Below the pieces are notes generated by a model, which did not search any database, was not told the DNA's origin, and worked only from the letters and a program-made list of their open reading frames with translations. From Malacoraja senta (lineage: Eukaryota): a stretch of 64,000 nucleotides of DNA. How positions within the stretch are numbered: the first letter of the stretch is position 1; every line of letters starts with the position of its first letter. The stretch is taken from contig CM075989.1 of assembly GCA_038087875.1 (NCBI GenBank), positions 4,402,001 through 4,466,000 of the forward strand, given 5' to 3'. Both the position numbers and the translations under genes were made by a program. Below are positions 49,758 to 61,758 of this stretch, in pieces.

Positions 49758-50004
49758 ACCTTAGTCTTTGGAAGCATGGTGCTAATTATTCTGCTTTTGT
49801 GGTCATGTTGGATATAAATCATCTGACTTGTTTCCCATTTAATAGAAGTGACTGCATTGGTTGTAAAATCCTTTGTGATGCCCATAAAGATAAATCAAAG
49901 TCGCTCTTGTATGGCACAGGTTTACTTTTCTTATTTTCCATTAAAACAATATTTTGTATAACCCAATCATTGATTTCAGACTAAACTTATTTTCTTTTCT
50001 AGTT

Positions 50005-50310
50005 CAGGTGGTAGAGCGGTAGAGTTGCTGCCTTATAGCGCCAGAGACACGGGTTCAATCCTGACTACGGGTGCTGTCTGTATGGAGTTTTTACGTTCTC
50101 CCTGTGACTGCGTGGGTTTTCTCCAGGTGCTCCGGTCTCCTCCCACACTCCAAAGATGTACAGGTTTGTAGGTTAATTGTCCGGTAAAAAAAAAAAGTAA
50201 ATTGTCCCTAGTGTGTGTAGGATAGTGTTAGTCTGCTGGGATAACTGGTTGGTGCGGACTCAGTGAGCCGAAGGGCCTGATTCCACACTGTATCTCTAAA
50301 CTAAACTAAA
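50005..50310 (+). mobile_element. HE1-type V-SINE
   Basis: Head, V-domain and tail are all present. Confidence 0.9.
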
Positions 50311-50671
50311 GTGTTTTGACACATCACAGAACTGATCTGGTGATGTTAGGATGGTCTATATCAACACAGGACTATTGATATGACCACATGCAGTACAGTT
50401 AAACATGACAAACATGTGGTAGCATAGGAACAATATTTTCAGTATGATATTTAAACATCAGCATAGAACACGCACAGATGTTCGAGCATCATTATAATGA
50501 GGTGTGCAACCTTTCCTGAATATGACTGATTGCATTTCATCTTCTTAAAGAAGGAATTCCAGTGAGAAGCTAAACATTTTGTCCGACACCCCAAGCTTGG
50601 CATCCAGCTAATTTATTGAGTAATTATGGCAATTTCAAACTTGCTAAAGGGCCAACTCAAGCTTAATTATG

Positions 50672-50882
50672 GAAACAAGGAACTGCAGATGCTGGTTTAC
50701 AGCAAAAGACACAAAGTGCTGGAGTAACATCAGCGGATAGGTGAACATGGATAGGTGATATTTCGGGTCGGGACCCTTCTTCAGGCTCCTGAAGAAAACA
50801 GTTCCAACGTGAAACGTCACCTATCCATGTTTTCCAGAGATGATGTCTGGCCTGCTGAGTTTTTCCAGCACTTTCTGTCTGT
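50672..50882. mobile_element. Penelope-type hairpin element, degraded
   Basis: CTTCTTCAGGCTCCTGAAGAA centre with family arms. Confidence 0.7.
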
Positions 50883-51380
50883 TTTTTTCCCAGTTTCATT
50901 ATAATTGAGAGCAATTGTAAGCATTGGTCAGACAATGCTGGATGAGTGAGAGTAAGATAACTAGTTAACAACCAGAGAGCAGTCCTGAGCTACCATCTAG
51001 CTCATTGGAAATCCTTGGACTATCTTTAATCAGACTTTACTGGACTTTGTCTTGCACTATACGTTATTTGCTTTATCCTGTATCAGTACAGTGTGAACGG
51101 CTTGATTGTAATCATGTATTGTCTTTCCACTGACTGGATAGCACGCAACAAGATACATAGATACATAGACAATAGGTGCAGGAGTAGGCCATTCGGCCCT
51201 TCGAGCCAGCACCGCCATCCAATTTGATCATGGCTGATCATCCACGATCAGTACCCCATTCCTGCCTTCTAACCATATCCCTTGATTCCACTAGCCCGAA
51301 GAACTCTATCTAACTATCTTTTAAATATATCCAGTAAATCAGCCTCCACTGCCTTCTGTGGCAGAGAATTCCACAAATTC

Positions 51381-51488
51381 TGAAGAATGTGAAGTCTGAA
51401 GAAGGGTTTCGACCCGAAACGTTGCCTATTTCCTTCGCTCCATAGATGCTGTCTCACCCGCTGAGTTTCTCCAGCATTTTTGTCTACC
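51381..51488 (+). mobile_element. Penelope-type mini-element nested in CR1
   Basis: Perfect 11-bp TSD TCCACAAATTC at 51370-51380 and 51489-51499. Confidence 0.9.
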
Positions 51489-53293
51489 TCCACAAATTCA
51501 TAACTCTCTGTGTGAAAACATTTTTTGCTCATCTCAGTTCTAAATGGCCTACCCCTTATTCTTAAACTGTGGCCCCTGGTTCTGGACTCCCCCAACATTG
51601 GGAACATGTTTCCTGCATCTAGCGTGTCCAATCCCTTAATAATTTTATATGTTTCAAAATCCCCTCTCATCCTAAATTTCAGTGAATACAAGCCCAGTCG
51701 CTCCATTCTTTCATCATATGACAGTCCTGCCATCCAGGGAATTGACCTCATGAACTTATGCTGGACTCCCTCAATAGCAAGAATGTCCTTCTTAAAATTA
51801 GAAGACAAAACTGCACACAATACTCCAGGTATGGTTTCACCAGGCCCCTGTACAACTGCAGAAGGACCTCTTTGCTCCTAATCTCAACTCCTATCGTTAT
51901 GAAGGCCAACATGCCATTAGCTTTCTTCACTGCCTGCTGTACCTGCATACTTACTTTCAGTGACTGATGTAGAAGGACACCCAGCTCTCGTTATACTTCC
52001 CCTTTTACCTGACACCATTCAGATAATAATCTGCCTTCCCATTCTTGCCACCAAAGTGGATAACCTCACATTTTCCACATCATGCTGCATCTGCCATGCA
52101 TCTGCCGACTCACCCAACCTGTCCAAGTCACCCAGCATCCTCATAGTATCCTCTTCACAGTTTACACTGCCACCCAGCTTTATGTCATCTGCAAATTTGC
52201 TAATGTTCATTTTAATCCCTTCATCTAAATCATTAATGTATATTGTAAATAGCTGCGGTCGCAGCAACAAGCCGTGGTACCCCACTTGTCACTGCCTGCC
52301 ATTCTGAAAGGGACCCGTTAATCCCTACTCTTTGTTTCCTGTCTGCCAACCAATTTTCTATCCATGTCAATACCCTACCCCCAATACCATGTGCTCTAAT
52401 TTTGCCCACTAATCTCCTGCGTGGGACCTTATCAAAGGCTTCTGAAAGTCCAGATATACTACATCCACTGGCTCTCCCTTCTCCATTTTACTTGTTACAT
52501 CCTCAAAAAATTCCAGAGATTTGTCAAGCATGATTTCCCCTTCGTAATTCCATGCTGACTTGGACCGATCCTGTTACTGCTATCCAATTACATCTTTAAT
52601 AATCGACTCCAGCATCTTCTCCCTCCTTTCTTGAAAAGTAGGATAACATTAGCTGTCCTCCAATCCATTGGAACTGATCCAGAATCTATGGAACATTGGA
52701 AAAAGATCACCAATGCGTCCACGATTTCTAGAGCCACCTACTTGAGTACCCTGGGATGCAGACCATCAGGTCCTGGGGATTTATCAGCCTTCAATCCCAT
52801 TAGTCTACCCAACACCATTTCCTGATCAGTTCCTCCATCACCCGAGGTCCTCTGTCTCAGAGTACATCTGGGAGATTGTTTGTGTCCTCCTTAGTGAAGT
52901 CAGAACTAAAGTACCTGTTCAACTCGTCTGCCATTTCCCCATAATAAATTCACCTGTTTCTGTCTTCAAAGGACCCACATTTGTCTTAACTAATTTTTTC
53001 CTCTTCACTACCTGAAAAAGCTTTTACAATCCTCCTTTATATTCTTGCTATCTTACATTCGTACTTCATCTTTTCTCCCCGTATTGCCTTTTTAGTAACT
53101 TCTGTTGTTCTTTATAAGTTTCCCAATCCTCTGACTTCCTGATCATCTTTGCTATGTTGTACGACTTCTCTTTTAGTTTTATACTGTCCATGACTTCCCT
53201 TGTCAGCCACGGTCGCCTCTTACTCCCCTTAGAATCTTTCTTCCTCTTTGGAATGAAATGATCCTGCATCTTCTGGATTATTCCCAGAAATAT

Positions 53294-53850
53294 TCAATTC
53301 AATTCAATTCCAATTCAATTCAACTTTAATGTCATTGCACAAATACTGAGTATGGGTACAACGAAATGCAGTTTTGCGTCAGTCCGTAGTAGTAGTGCAA
53401 TATAGAAATTTTAAAAAAAAGAGTATACAGAATAATCAAAAATACAGAATAATTAACAATGGGGACGGAGGGACCGGAGGAATCTATCGGCGGGACTCCG
53501 AGTTCAGCCAAGCGACGGTATAATTGTAGAAGCTGTTCCTCATCCTACTGGTACGAGACCTGAGGCTCCTGTACCGCCTCCCTGATGGGAGGAGGGCAAA
53601 CAGTCCATGGTTGGGGTGGGAGGGGTCTTTAATGATCTTCCCAGCCCGTTTCAGACACCGTTTTCGGTGGAGGGCATCCATGGCAGGGAGCGGGGCACTG
53701 ATGATGTGCTGCGCGGTTTTCACCACCCGTTGTAGTGCCTTCCTGTCCGCAACAGTGCAGCTGCTGTACCATACCGTGAAGCAGGTGGTCAGGATGCTCT
53801 CGATGGTACACCGGTAGAAGTTGGTCAGGATCTGGGGGGACAGGTGGGCT
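53294..53850 (-). mobile_element. Rex1/Babar-type LINE 3' end nested in CR1
   Basis: [28 protein letters not shown], a (TTGAA)n tail, and AAATAT duplicated at both ends. Confidence 0.9.
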
Positions 53851-54947
53851 TCTGCCATTGATGTTCAAATATCTGCCATTGATGTTCCACTGTCATCCCT
53901 GCTAGGGTCCCTTTCCAGTCAACTTTGGCCAGCTCCTCCCTCATGCCTCCATAGTCCCCTTTGTTCAACTGCAATACTGACACTTCCGATTTTACCTTCT
54001 CCCTCTCAAATTGCAGATTAAAACTTATTATATTATGGTCACTACCTCCTAATGGTTCCTTTACCTTGAGTTCCCTTATCAAATCCGGTTCATTACACAA
54101 CACTAAATTCAGAATTGCCTTCTCCCTGGTAGGCTCTAGTACAAGCTGCTCTAAGAATCCATCTCAGAGGCACTCCACAAACTCCCTTTCTTGGGGTCCT
54201 GTACCAGCCTGATTTTCCCAGTCTACCTGCATGTTGAAATCTCCCATAACCACCATAGCATTACCTTTGTTACATGCCAATTTTAACTCCTGATGCAACT
54301 TGCACCCTATCTCCAAACTACTGTTTGGGGGCCCGTAGATATCTCCCATGAGTGTCTTTTTACCCTTACCATTTCTCAGTTCTATCCACAATGACTCTAC
54401 ATCTTCTGATTCGATGTCATCCCTCTCAGGGGACTGAATTTCATTCTTTACCAACAGAGCCACCGCACCTCCTCCGCCTACCTGTCTGTCTTTTCAATAG
54501 GACGTATAGCCCTGAATATTCAGTTCCCAGCTCTGATCCTCTTGCAGCCATGCACCTCGGTACAAGTGACAATAAACTAAACTAAACTAAGTTAAACTAG
54601 CAGGAATGAAGGGCTGAATGGCCTACTGCCTTTTTTTCTTTGGTAAATTGGAATAAGGCAGGATAACAACAGCACTAGAGCACATATTTCTCCACATTCC
54701 TATTTAATGGCGTTAAGCTTAAAGTGTGTTGAATGCAATAAAGTTACTTTTCTTAAAATCTAGACAATCGCCTATCTGGATAGAAGTGGCTCAGTGGAAC
54801 AATTGAATGAAGGGATGGGCTATTTGTTCTTCCACAGGACATTGGTGTTGCTGGCCACATCTCTATTCATGTCCCATCCCAAAGTACCCCAGAACTGAAT
54901 GACTTGCTCAGCCATTTTGGGGAGTAGTTAAAGAGTCAATCACATCA

Positions 54948-55052
54948 AGGTGGACACAAAATGCTGGAGTAACTCAGCGGGTCAGGTAGCATCTGGAGAA
55001 AAGGAATAGGTTACGTTTTAGGTCAGAACCCTTCTTGAGACTGACTTCAGAC
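54948..55052 (-). mobile_element. Penelope-type arm
   Basis: Matches the family arm. Confidence 0.7.
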
Positions 55053-55338
55053 TTAATGGGTGCATCGTCACATATAGGCCAAACCTTGTAAGGACAAACA
55101 GTTATATTTCCTGAAGGACTTGAGTAAAGTTAATGCGTTTTACAAACAAATATGGATTGTGATCACATTTTCATGTCATGTTCTTTTATTCATGCTTGAC
55201 TTAAATTTACATGTAAATTTCCCATCTGTTATAAAAGTTGCAATTGTGACTGCAGTTATAAGGTCATAAGGTCATACAGGAGGTGTTGGGAGCAGAATTG
55301 GGCCATTCGGCCCATCAGGTCTAATCCGCCATTCAATC

Positions 55339-56650
55339 ATGTTATATCTGGACTTCCAGAAGGCTTTCGACCAGGTCCCACATAAGAGATTAGTATACAA
55401 ACTTAAAGCACACGGTATTGGGGGTTCAGTATTGATGTGGATAGAGAACTGGCTGGCAAACAGGAAGCAAAGAGTAGGAGTAAACGGGTCCTTTTCACAA
55501 TGGCAGGCAGTGACTAGTGGGGTACCGCAAGGCTCAGTGCTGGGACCCCAGTTATTTACGATATATATTAATGATTTGGACGAGGGAATTGAATGCAACA
55601 TCTCCAAGTTTGCGGATGACACGAAGCTGGGGGGCAGTGTTAGCTGTGGGGAGGATGCTCGGAGGCTGCAAGGTGACTTGGATAGGCTGGGTGAGTGGGC
55701 AAATGCATGGCAGATGCAGTATAATGTGGATAAATGTGAGGTTATCCACTTTGGTGGCAAAAACAGGAAAGTAGACTATTATCTGAATGGTGGCCGATTA
55801 GGAAAAGGGTAGATGCAACGAGACCTGGGTGTCATGGTACACCAGTCATTAAAAGTAGGCAGGTACACAAAAATGCTGGAGAAACTCAGCGGGTGCAGCA
55901 GCATCTATGGAGCGAAGGAAATAGGCAACGTTTCGGGCCGAAACCCTTCTTCAGACTCAAAAGTAGGCATGCAGGTGCTGCAGGAAGTGAAGAAGGCGAA
56001 TGGTATGTTAGCATTCATAGCAAAAGGATTTGAGTATAGGAGCAGGGAGGTTCTACTGCAGTTGTACAGGGTCTTGGTGAGACCACACCTGGAGTATTGC
56101 GTACAGTTTTGGTCTCCTAATCTGAGGAAAGACATTCTTGCCATAGAGGGAGTACAGAGAAGGCTCACCAGACTGATTCCTGGGATGGCAGAACTTTCAT
56201 ATGAAGAAAGACTGGATAGACTCAGCTTGTACTCGCTAGAATTTAGAAGATTGAGGGGGAATCTTATAGAAATGTACAAAATTCTTAAGGGGGACAGGCT
56301 AGATGCAGGAAGATTGTTCCCGATGGTGGGAAGTCCAGAACAAGGGGTCACAGTTTAAGGATAAGGGGGAAATCTTTTAGGACCGAGATGAGGAAAACAT
56401 TTTTCACACAGAGAGTGGTGAATCTGTGGAATTCTCTGCCACAGAAGGTAGCTGAGGCCAGTTCATAGGCTATATTTAAGAGGGAGTTAGATGTGGCCCT
56501 TGTGGCTAAAGGGATCAGGGGGTATGGAGAGAAAGCAGGTACAGGATACTGAGTTGGATGATCAGCCATGATCATATTGAATGGCGGTGCAGGCTCGAAG
56601 GGCCGAATGGCCTACTCCTGCACCTATTTTCTATGTTTCTATGTTTCTAT
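55339..56650 (+). mobile_element. CR1 (HER1-like) LINE, RT to 3' end, with a premature stop
   Basis: YLDFQKAFDQVPH..SGVPQGSVLGP..SKFADDTKL and RPHLEYCVQFWSP. TAG stop at 55810-55812. (TTTCTATG)n tail. Inserted into an older antisense CR1 tail. Confidence 0.95.
55862..55958 (-). mobile_element. 97-bp Penelope-type mini-element nested in CR1
   Basis: Perfect 11-bp TSD AAAAGTAGGCA at 55851-55861 and 55959-55969. Confidence 0.9.
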
Positions 56651-56891
56651 CTATCTCTTCCTCCTGCCTTCTCCCCATATACCCTGACACCCATAAGTAT
56701 TTACACCTATAAACACCCGTGACACTTCAATAAGTATTTTATTGATGTCAAAATACTTTAGAGGTTGTGAAGGACGTTGCTCAATACAGATTTTTCCTTT
56801 CATTCATGTTTTTCCAACATTCAAATGCTGCAACTTCCAACCAAACAATGGTGGAAGTACCTTTCACCAGTAGGACTGCCACAAGTCAAAA

Positions 56892-57085
56892 CACAAAGTG
56901 CTGGAGTAACTCAGCGGGTCAGGCAGCATCTCTGGAAGGAATGGATAGAATAGGTTTCAAGTCGGGAACCACCATCCAGAAACATCGGCTGCCCATTCCC
57001 TCCACAGATGCTGCCTGAACTGCTGAGTTGCTCCAGCACTTTGTGCTTTACTCAAGATTCCAGCACCTGCAGTTCCATGTATCTG
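56892..57085. mobile_element. Penelope-type hairpin element
   Basis: Inverted arms plus tail. TSD-like CACAAGTCAAAA / CACAATTCAAAA. Confidence 0.75.
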
Positions 57086-57276
57086 CACAATTCAAAAAAT
57101 CTGCCTTAACCAGGGCCTTCTCAAGGCTAATTAAGGATAGCCAATAAATGTTGGCTCTGCCACATGCACCCACATCCCATAAAATTAATTTAAATATCCT
57201 CCATCACTTACTGATTTCTCAACTCGGTCATTGTTAGGATAGAAAAAAAACTTCTCACATATTCCTCATTCATAAC

Positions 57277-57418
57277 GGTCCCTTCGGCCCACCAGGTTCG
57301 CGCTGACCAGTGATCCCCGCACATTAACACTATCCTACATGAACTAGGGACAATTTAAATTTATACCAAGCCAATTAACCTACAAACCTGTACGTCTTTG
57401 GAGTGTGGAAGCAAACCA
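57277..57418 (-). mobile_element. HE1 SINE 3' fragment
   Basis: Reverse complement of the SINE tail. Confidence 0.8.
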
Positions 57419-57962
57419 TGCTGCCCTACCATAAATTTATTCTCGAGTTTAAAAAAATAAAATCAAGGCATTTTCCCTGAACCTATGTTCTTGACAACTG
57501 CTCGATATTCAGCTTCCAATGTAAAACTACAACCAGTTATCCATTGACCCGAATTGCTTTATAAACCATCTTTGGGACACTGGGAAATGAAATTTAAATA
57601 ACTCTCCACCTAGTTGTGTTCGTACACTTAACAAGTATAATGGGCCGACAGGTTTCCTTCTCTGTAGACCAAATAAAAGTTAATGACTCAGAGCAGGTCT
57701 GAGAAGCTATGTTTCAAAGCATAAAACTAATTAACATTACTGCCGTTAAACCGAATCTTGAAGAAGGCCATATTCATCACTTCATCTCACTAATGGCGTA
57801 GCTCACCCCATGATACCTGCTGGTTCAATGCTAAAGGGGCCATTATAGTGCACCGGACATGCAGAGTATTGCAAGACAGGGCAAATATACGGGCTTTCAA
57901 AGAGAATTTTACAATGAGCTATGAGGTACAAAATCAGCCAGAATCTGGATTAATGGCAAAGA

Positions 57963-58250
57963 AGGGCATCACGGTGGCACATCAGTACAGTTGCAGCCTT
58001 GCAACAAAACAGACCTGGGTTTGATCCTGACCACGGGTGCTGACTGTACGGAGTTTGCACGTTCTCCCTGTGACCGGCATGGGTTTTCTCCGGTGGCTCT
58101 GGTTTCCTCCCACATTCCAAAGACATACAAGTGTGCAGTCTAATTTGCTTGGTAAAATTGTATATTGTCCCTAGTGTGTGTCGGTTAGTGTTAGTGTGCG
58201 GGGATTGCTGGTTGGCACAAACTCGGTGGGCCGAAAGGCCTCTTTCTAAA
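57963..58250 (+). mobile_element. HE1-type V-SINE
   Basis: Head, V-domain and tail are all present. Confidence 0.85.
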
Positions 58251-58952
58251 AAAACGAATCTCTAGCATATCTAAAACTGTATCTGTAAAAAAAAACTAAT
58301 AAAAGCTCAAAGGGCAGCACTGCCGACTTACAATAGACAATAGACAATAGGTGTAGGAGTAGGCCATTCAGCCCTTGGAGCCTGCTTCGCCATTCAATGT
58401 GATCATGGCTGATCATCCCCAATCAGTACCTCAATCATCCCCAATCAGCTCGCTTAATACTTATGAGTTTACATTCTTATGCCTCTGACCCATCTGAAGC
58501 TTGCAAACTTCCTTCAAAATATGCAGATGAATGAATTGCCCAGAAAACAATCCAGTCCACAGATGAGATCAAGTTATCTTTTTAAATTACAGTTAGCTTA
58601 CATGTTTATATATTGAGAGATTTAAAGCAGATTCATGAACCTCAGTTCAGCACATCACTCCGGTTGAGTAGATCATAAATGTGATCAATCAGGCATTTCT
58701 GGAGAAATAACAACTATATTGTACCTTCGAAGCATCAGGTTTACATAGATTTAGGTTTATGTTTGTTATTATCATCAGGCACAATGAAAAGCTTTGTTTT
58801 GCATGCTATCAATAAGATCATATAATGCTATACATATACGTACAATCAAGCCCATCCCAAGTACAGTAGGTAGAGCAAAGGGGAAGATACAGAGTGCAGA
58901 ATATAGTTCCCAGCATTGTAGCGCATCAGTTCCATAGACAATGTCCGCAATG

Positions 58953-59248
58953 GGGAAACAGGACCGTTCGCCCACCGAGTCCACACTGACCATCAGCTCA
59001 CCATTAATCCTACACAGATCTAATCCAACTTTATTCTTTCCGTATTATCATCAACTCTCCCCAGATTCTACCACCAAACAAGGAGTCATTTACAATGGCC
59101 ATTAACCTCATAAACGGCACATCTTTAAGATGTGGGAAACTGGAGCACCTGGCGAAAACCCACGCGGTCACGGAAAAAATGTGCAAACTCCACGCAGACA
59201 GCACCCAAGGTCAGGGTTGAGCCCAGGTCTCTGGCGCTGGAGGATAGC
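58953..59248 (-). mobile_element. Old HE1-type V-SINE
   Basis: The minus strand reads CAGCGCCAGAGACCTGGGCTCAACCCTGACC..GTGGAGTTTGCAC. Confidence 0.75.
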
Positions 59249-59249
59249 G

Positions 59250-59789
59250 GTTCTAATTTGAGGAAGGACATCCTTGTGATTGAGGCAGAGCAGCGTAGGT
59301 TCACGAGATTGATCCCTGGGATGGCGGGACTGTCATATGAGGAAAGATTGAAAAGACTAGGCTTGTATTCACTGGAGTTTAGAAGGATGAGGGGGAATCT
59401 TATAGAAACATATAACATTATAAAAGGACTGGACAAGCTAGATGCAGGAAAAAATGTTCCCAATGTTGGGCGAGTCCAGAACCAGGGGCCACAGTCTTAG
59501 AATAAAGGGGAGGCCATTTAAGACTGAGGTGAGAAAAAATGTTTTCACCCAGAGAGTTGAGAATTTATGGAATTCCCTGCCACAGAGGGCAGTGGAGGCC
59601 AAATCACTGGATGGATTTAAGAGAGAGTTAGATAGAGCTCTAGGGGCTAGTGGAGTCAAGGGATATGGGGAGAAGGCAGGCACGGGTTATTGATAGGGGA
59701 CGATCTGCCATGATCACAATGAATGGCGGTGCTAGCTCGAAGGGCCGAATGGCCTCCTCCTGCACCTATTTTCTATGTTTCTATGTTTC
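59250..59789 (+). mobile_element. Young CR1 3' end
   Basis: NLRKDILVIEAEQRRFTRLIPGMAGLSYEERL..NLWNSLPQ, with a (TTTCTATG)n tail. Confidence 0.9.
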
Positions 59790-60683
59790 TAACAGCTGTG
59801 TCCACCCATTCTTTACCACTCCAAATAGAAACAGAATTGTAACTAATTGATTTTCTTTTAAACTGGCCACATGGGCAGAATTAATGAATTGTAAGAAGCA
59901 GAGGACATTTTTTTGAATAATTGAATAATATAAGCTTTGGATAAGATGTTGCTAGAGCATTGATCCTTGTTTTGCCCAAATAAGCAATATAGAGATTGAA
60001 AATTATATAATTTATCTCCATCACTGATTATGTTAAATGTTGGTCTGGTACAGGGGGCCATTGAAGTTAATTTGCTTCAGAATGATCAGAACAATCAGTC
60101 TCCTGAGTATGGAGTTAGTGCTTGAGCTCAGCAAAGCTGTAGCATCGCTTCACAACCTCCCCTCCCCACCTTCCCCACCCCCAACTCACTCTCGCTACTC
60201 TCCCCCGACCCCTCTCGTCTCTGCAGAGTGAATGGAGTTACAATGTTAACAGGTGAAACACAGGGTACAGTGGCTGGCCCAACATGGGTGTCGGGAAGCC
60301 TGCGGGAATGTGGTGCAGACCACCGATCTCCGCGGCCTCCATAACAGCCTCCTCATTGATCCACCACTAAAGTACCTCTTATCTCTCTAGTGCCACCAAC
60401 CCACATGAAAGAGGAGATAGGGCCCTCTTATTGAGGCTGATGCAGCTGTACTTTAACAAAACCATTTATTGATGCTCATCTCTAATTAAGAGCCATTTAC
60501 AGCAAGCATTTTATATAATTGATTTGCTAAATGTTAAAAGCCACACTTATTTATATTGACAGCATTAGGGCCATACAAGCACACATTAATAATACTATGT
60601 ATTGGAACCAGATGATTATAGGCAAACCCCATCTTTGATAACATTTTATTTAACTTTTATTAAAATAAAGTGATTAGGCATAT

Positions 60684-61180
60684 AGAGTCATAGTCATACA
60701 GTGTGGAAACAGGCCCTTCGGCCTAACTTGCCCACATCCACCAACATGTCCCATCTACAGTAGTCCCACCTGCCTGCGTCCCTCTAAACCTGACCTATCC
60801 ATATACCTGTCTAATTGCTTCTTAAACTTAGCGATAGTCTCAACTACCTCCTCTGGCAGCTCATTCCATACACCCACCACCCTTTGTGTGAAAAAGTTAC
60901 CCCTCAAATTGCCAATATATCCTTCACCTTAAACCTATGCCCTCTGGTTCTCGATTCCCCCACTCTGGGCAAGGGACTTTGTGCGTCCATCCGCTCTATT
61001 CCTCTCACAATTTTATACACCTCTATAAGATCCCCCGTCATTCTCCTGCGGTCCAAGGAATAGAGTCACAACCTGCTGAACCTCTCCGTATAGCTCACAC
61101 TCCCGAGTCCTGGCAACATCCTCGTAAATCTTCTCTGCATCCCTTCCAACTTAACAATATGTTTCCAATAACAAGGTGGC
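60684..61180 (-). mobile_element. CR1 3' end
   Basis: KLEGMQRRFTRMLPG and a paralogous tail. Confidence 0.8.
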
Positions 61181-61477
61181 CAGGCCAGGCCAGGCCAGGC
61201 CAGGACTAGAATTATATCCTGTGACTTGGATGCATCTTTCGCAGAAAAATAATACTCAAGGTTGGATGTGAGGTCCTTTCCCATCGAACAGGGATTCTAA
61301 TTATAGTTTTACAGGCGGAATTGTACGCCATGCTACACTTGCCTCCCTCTGTTTCCAAAGGGACAATCGCTGCAGGAACTCAAGTGAGACTTCTTCATTC
61401 AGTACAGGTAGTAATTGCTATTGGAAACGCAGGCATTGCGTTTTACAGGCTCCTGTACCCAGACCAACATTCAGGTG

Positions 61478-61758
61478 CTACACGTTGGCGCAGCGGTAGA
61501 GAGGCTGCCTTACAGCGCCAGAGACCCGGGCTCGATCCTGACTACGGGTGCTGTCTGTACGGAGTTCGTACGTTCTCCCTATGACCCGCTTGGGTTTTCT
61601 CCGGGTGCCCCGGTTTCCAACCACATTCCACAGGTTAATTGGCTTATGTATAGATTGCAAATTGTCCCTAGTGTGTAGGATAGCGCTAGTGTACGGGAAT
61701 CGCTGGTCGGCATGGACTCGGTGGGCCGAAAGGCCTGTTTCTGCATTGTATCTCTAAA
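61478..61758 (+). mobile_element. HE1-type V-SINE
   Basis: Head, V-domain and tail are all present. Confidence 0.9.

Larger units (their letters stand above)
51151..54551 (-). mobile_element. CR1 (HER1-like) LINE, 5'-truncated ORF2 pseudogene (APE endonuclease and RT remnants)
   Basis: ESLWIEL..YGPPNS..MGDFNM and LGGSDHNII (endonuclease), FTIYINDL..SKFADD (RT), NLWNSLPQ (C-terminus), and an intact 3' UTR. Many frameshifts. Confidence 0.95.

Noticed and set aside
55339..56358. Two adjacent RT ORFs as a retron-like or multi-gene system
   Set aside because: They are one CR1 ORF2 broken by a stop codon, with a typical CR1 3' UTR.
61310..61415. Candidate exon between TTTTACAG and GTGAGA/GTAGTA
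   Set aside because: The pyrimidine tract is weak and no frame gives a recognisable peptide.
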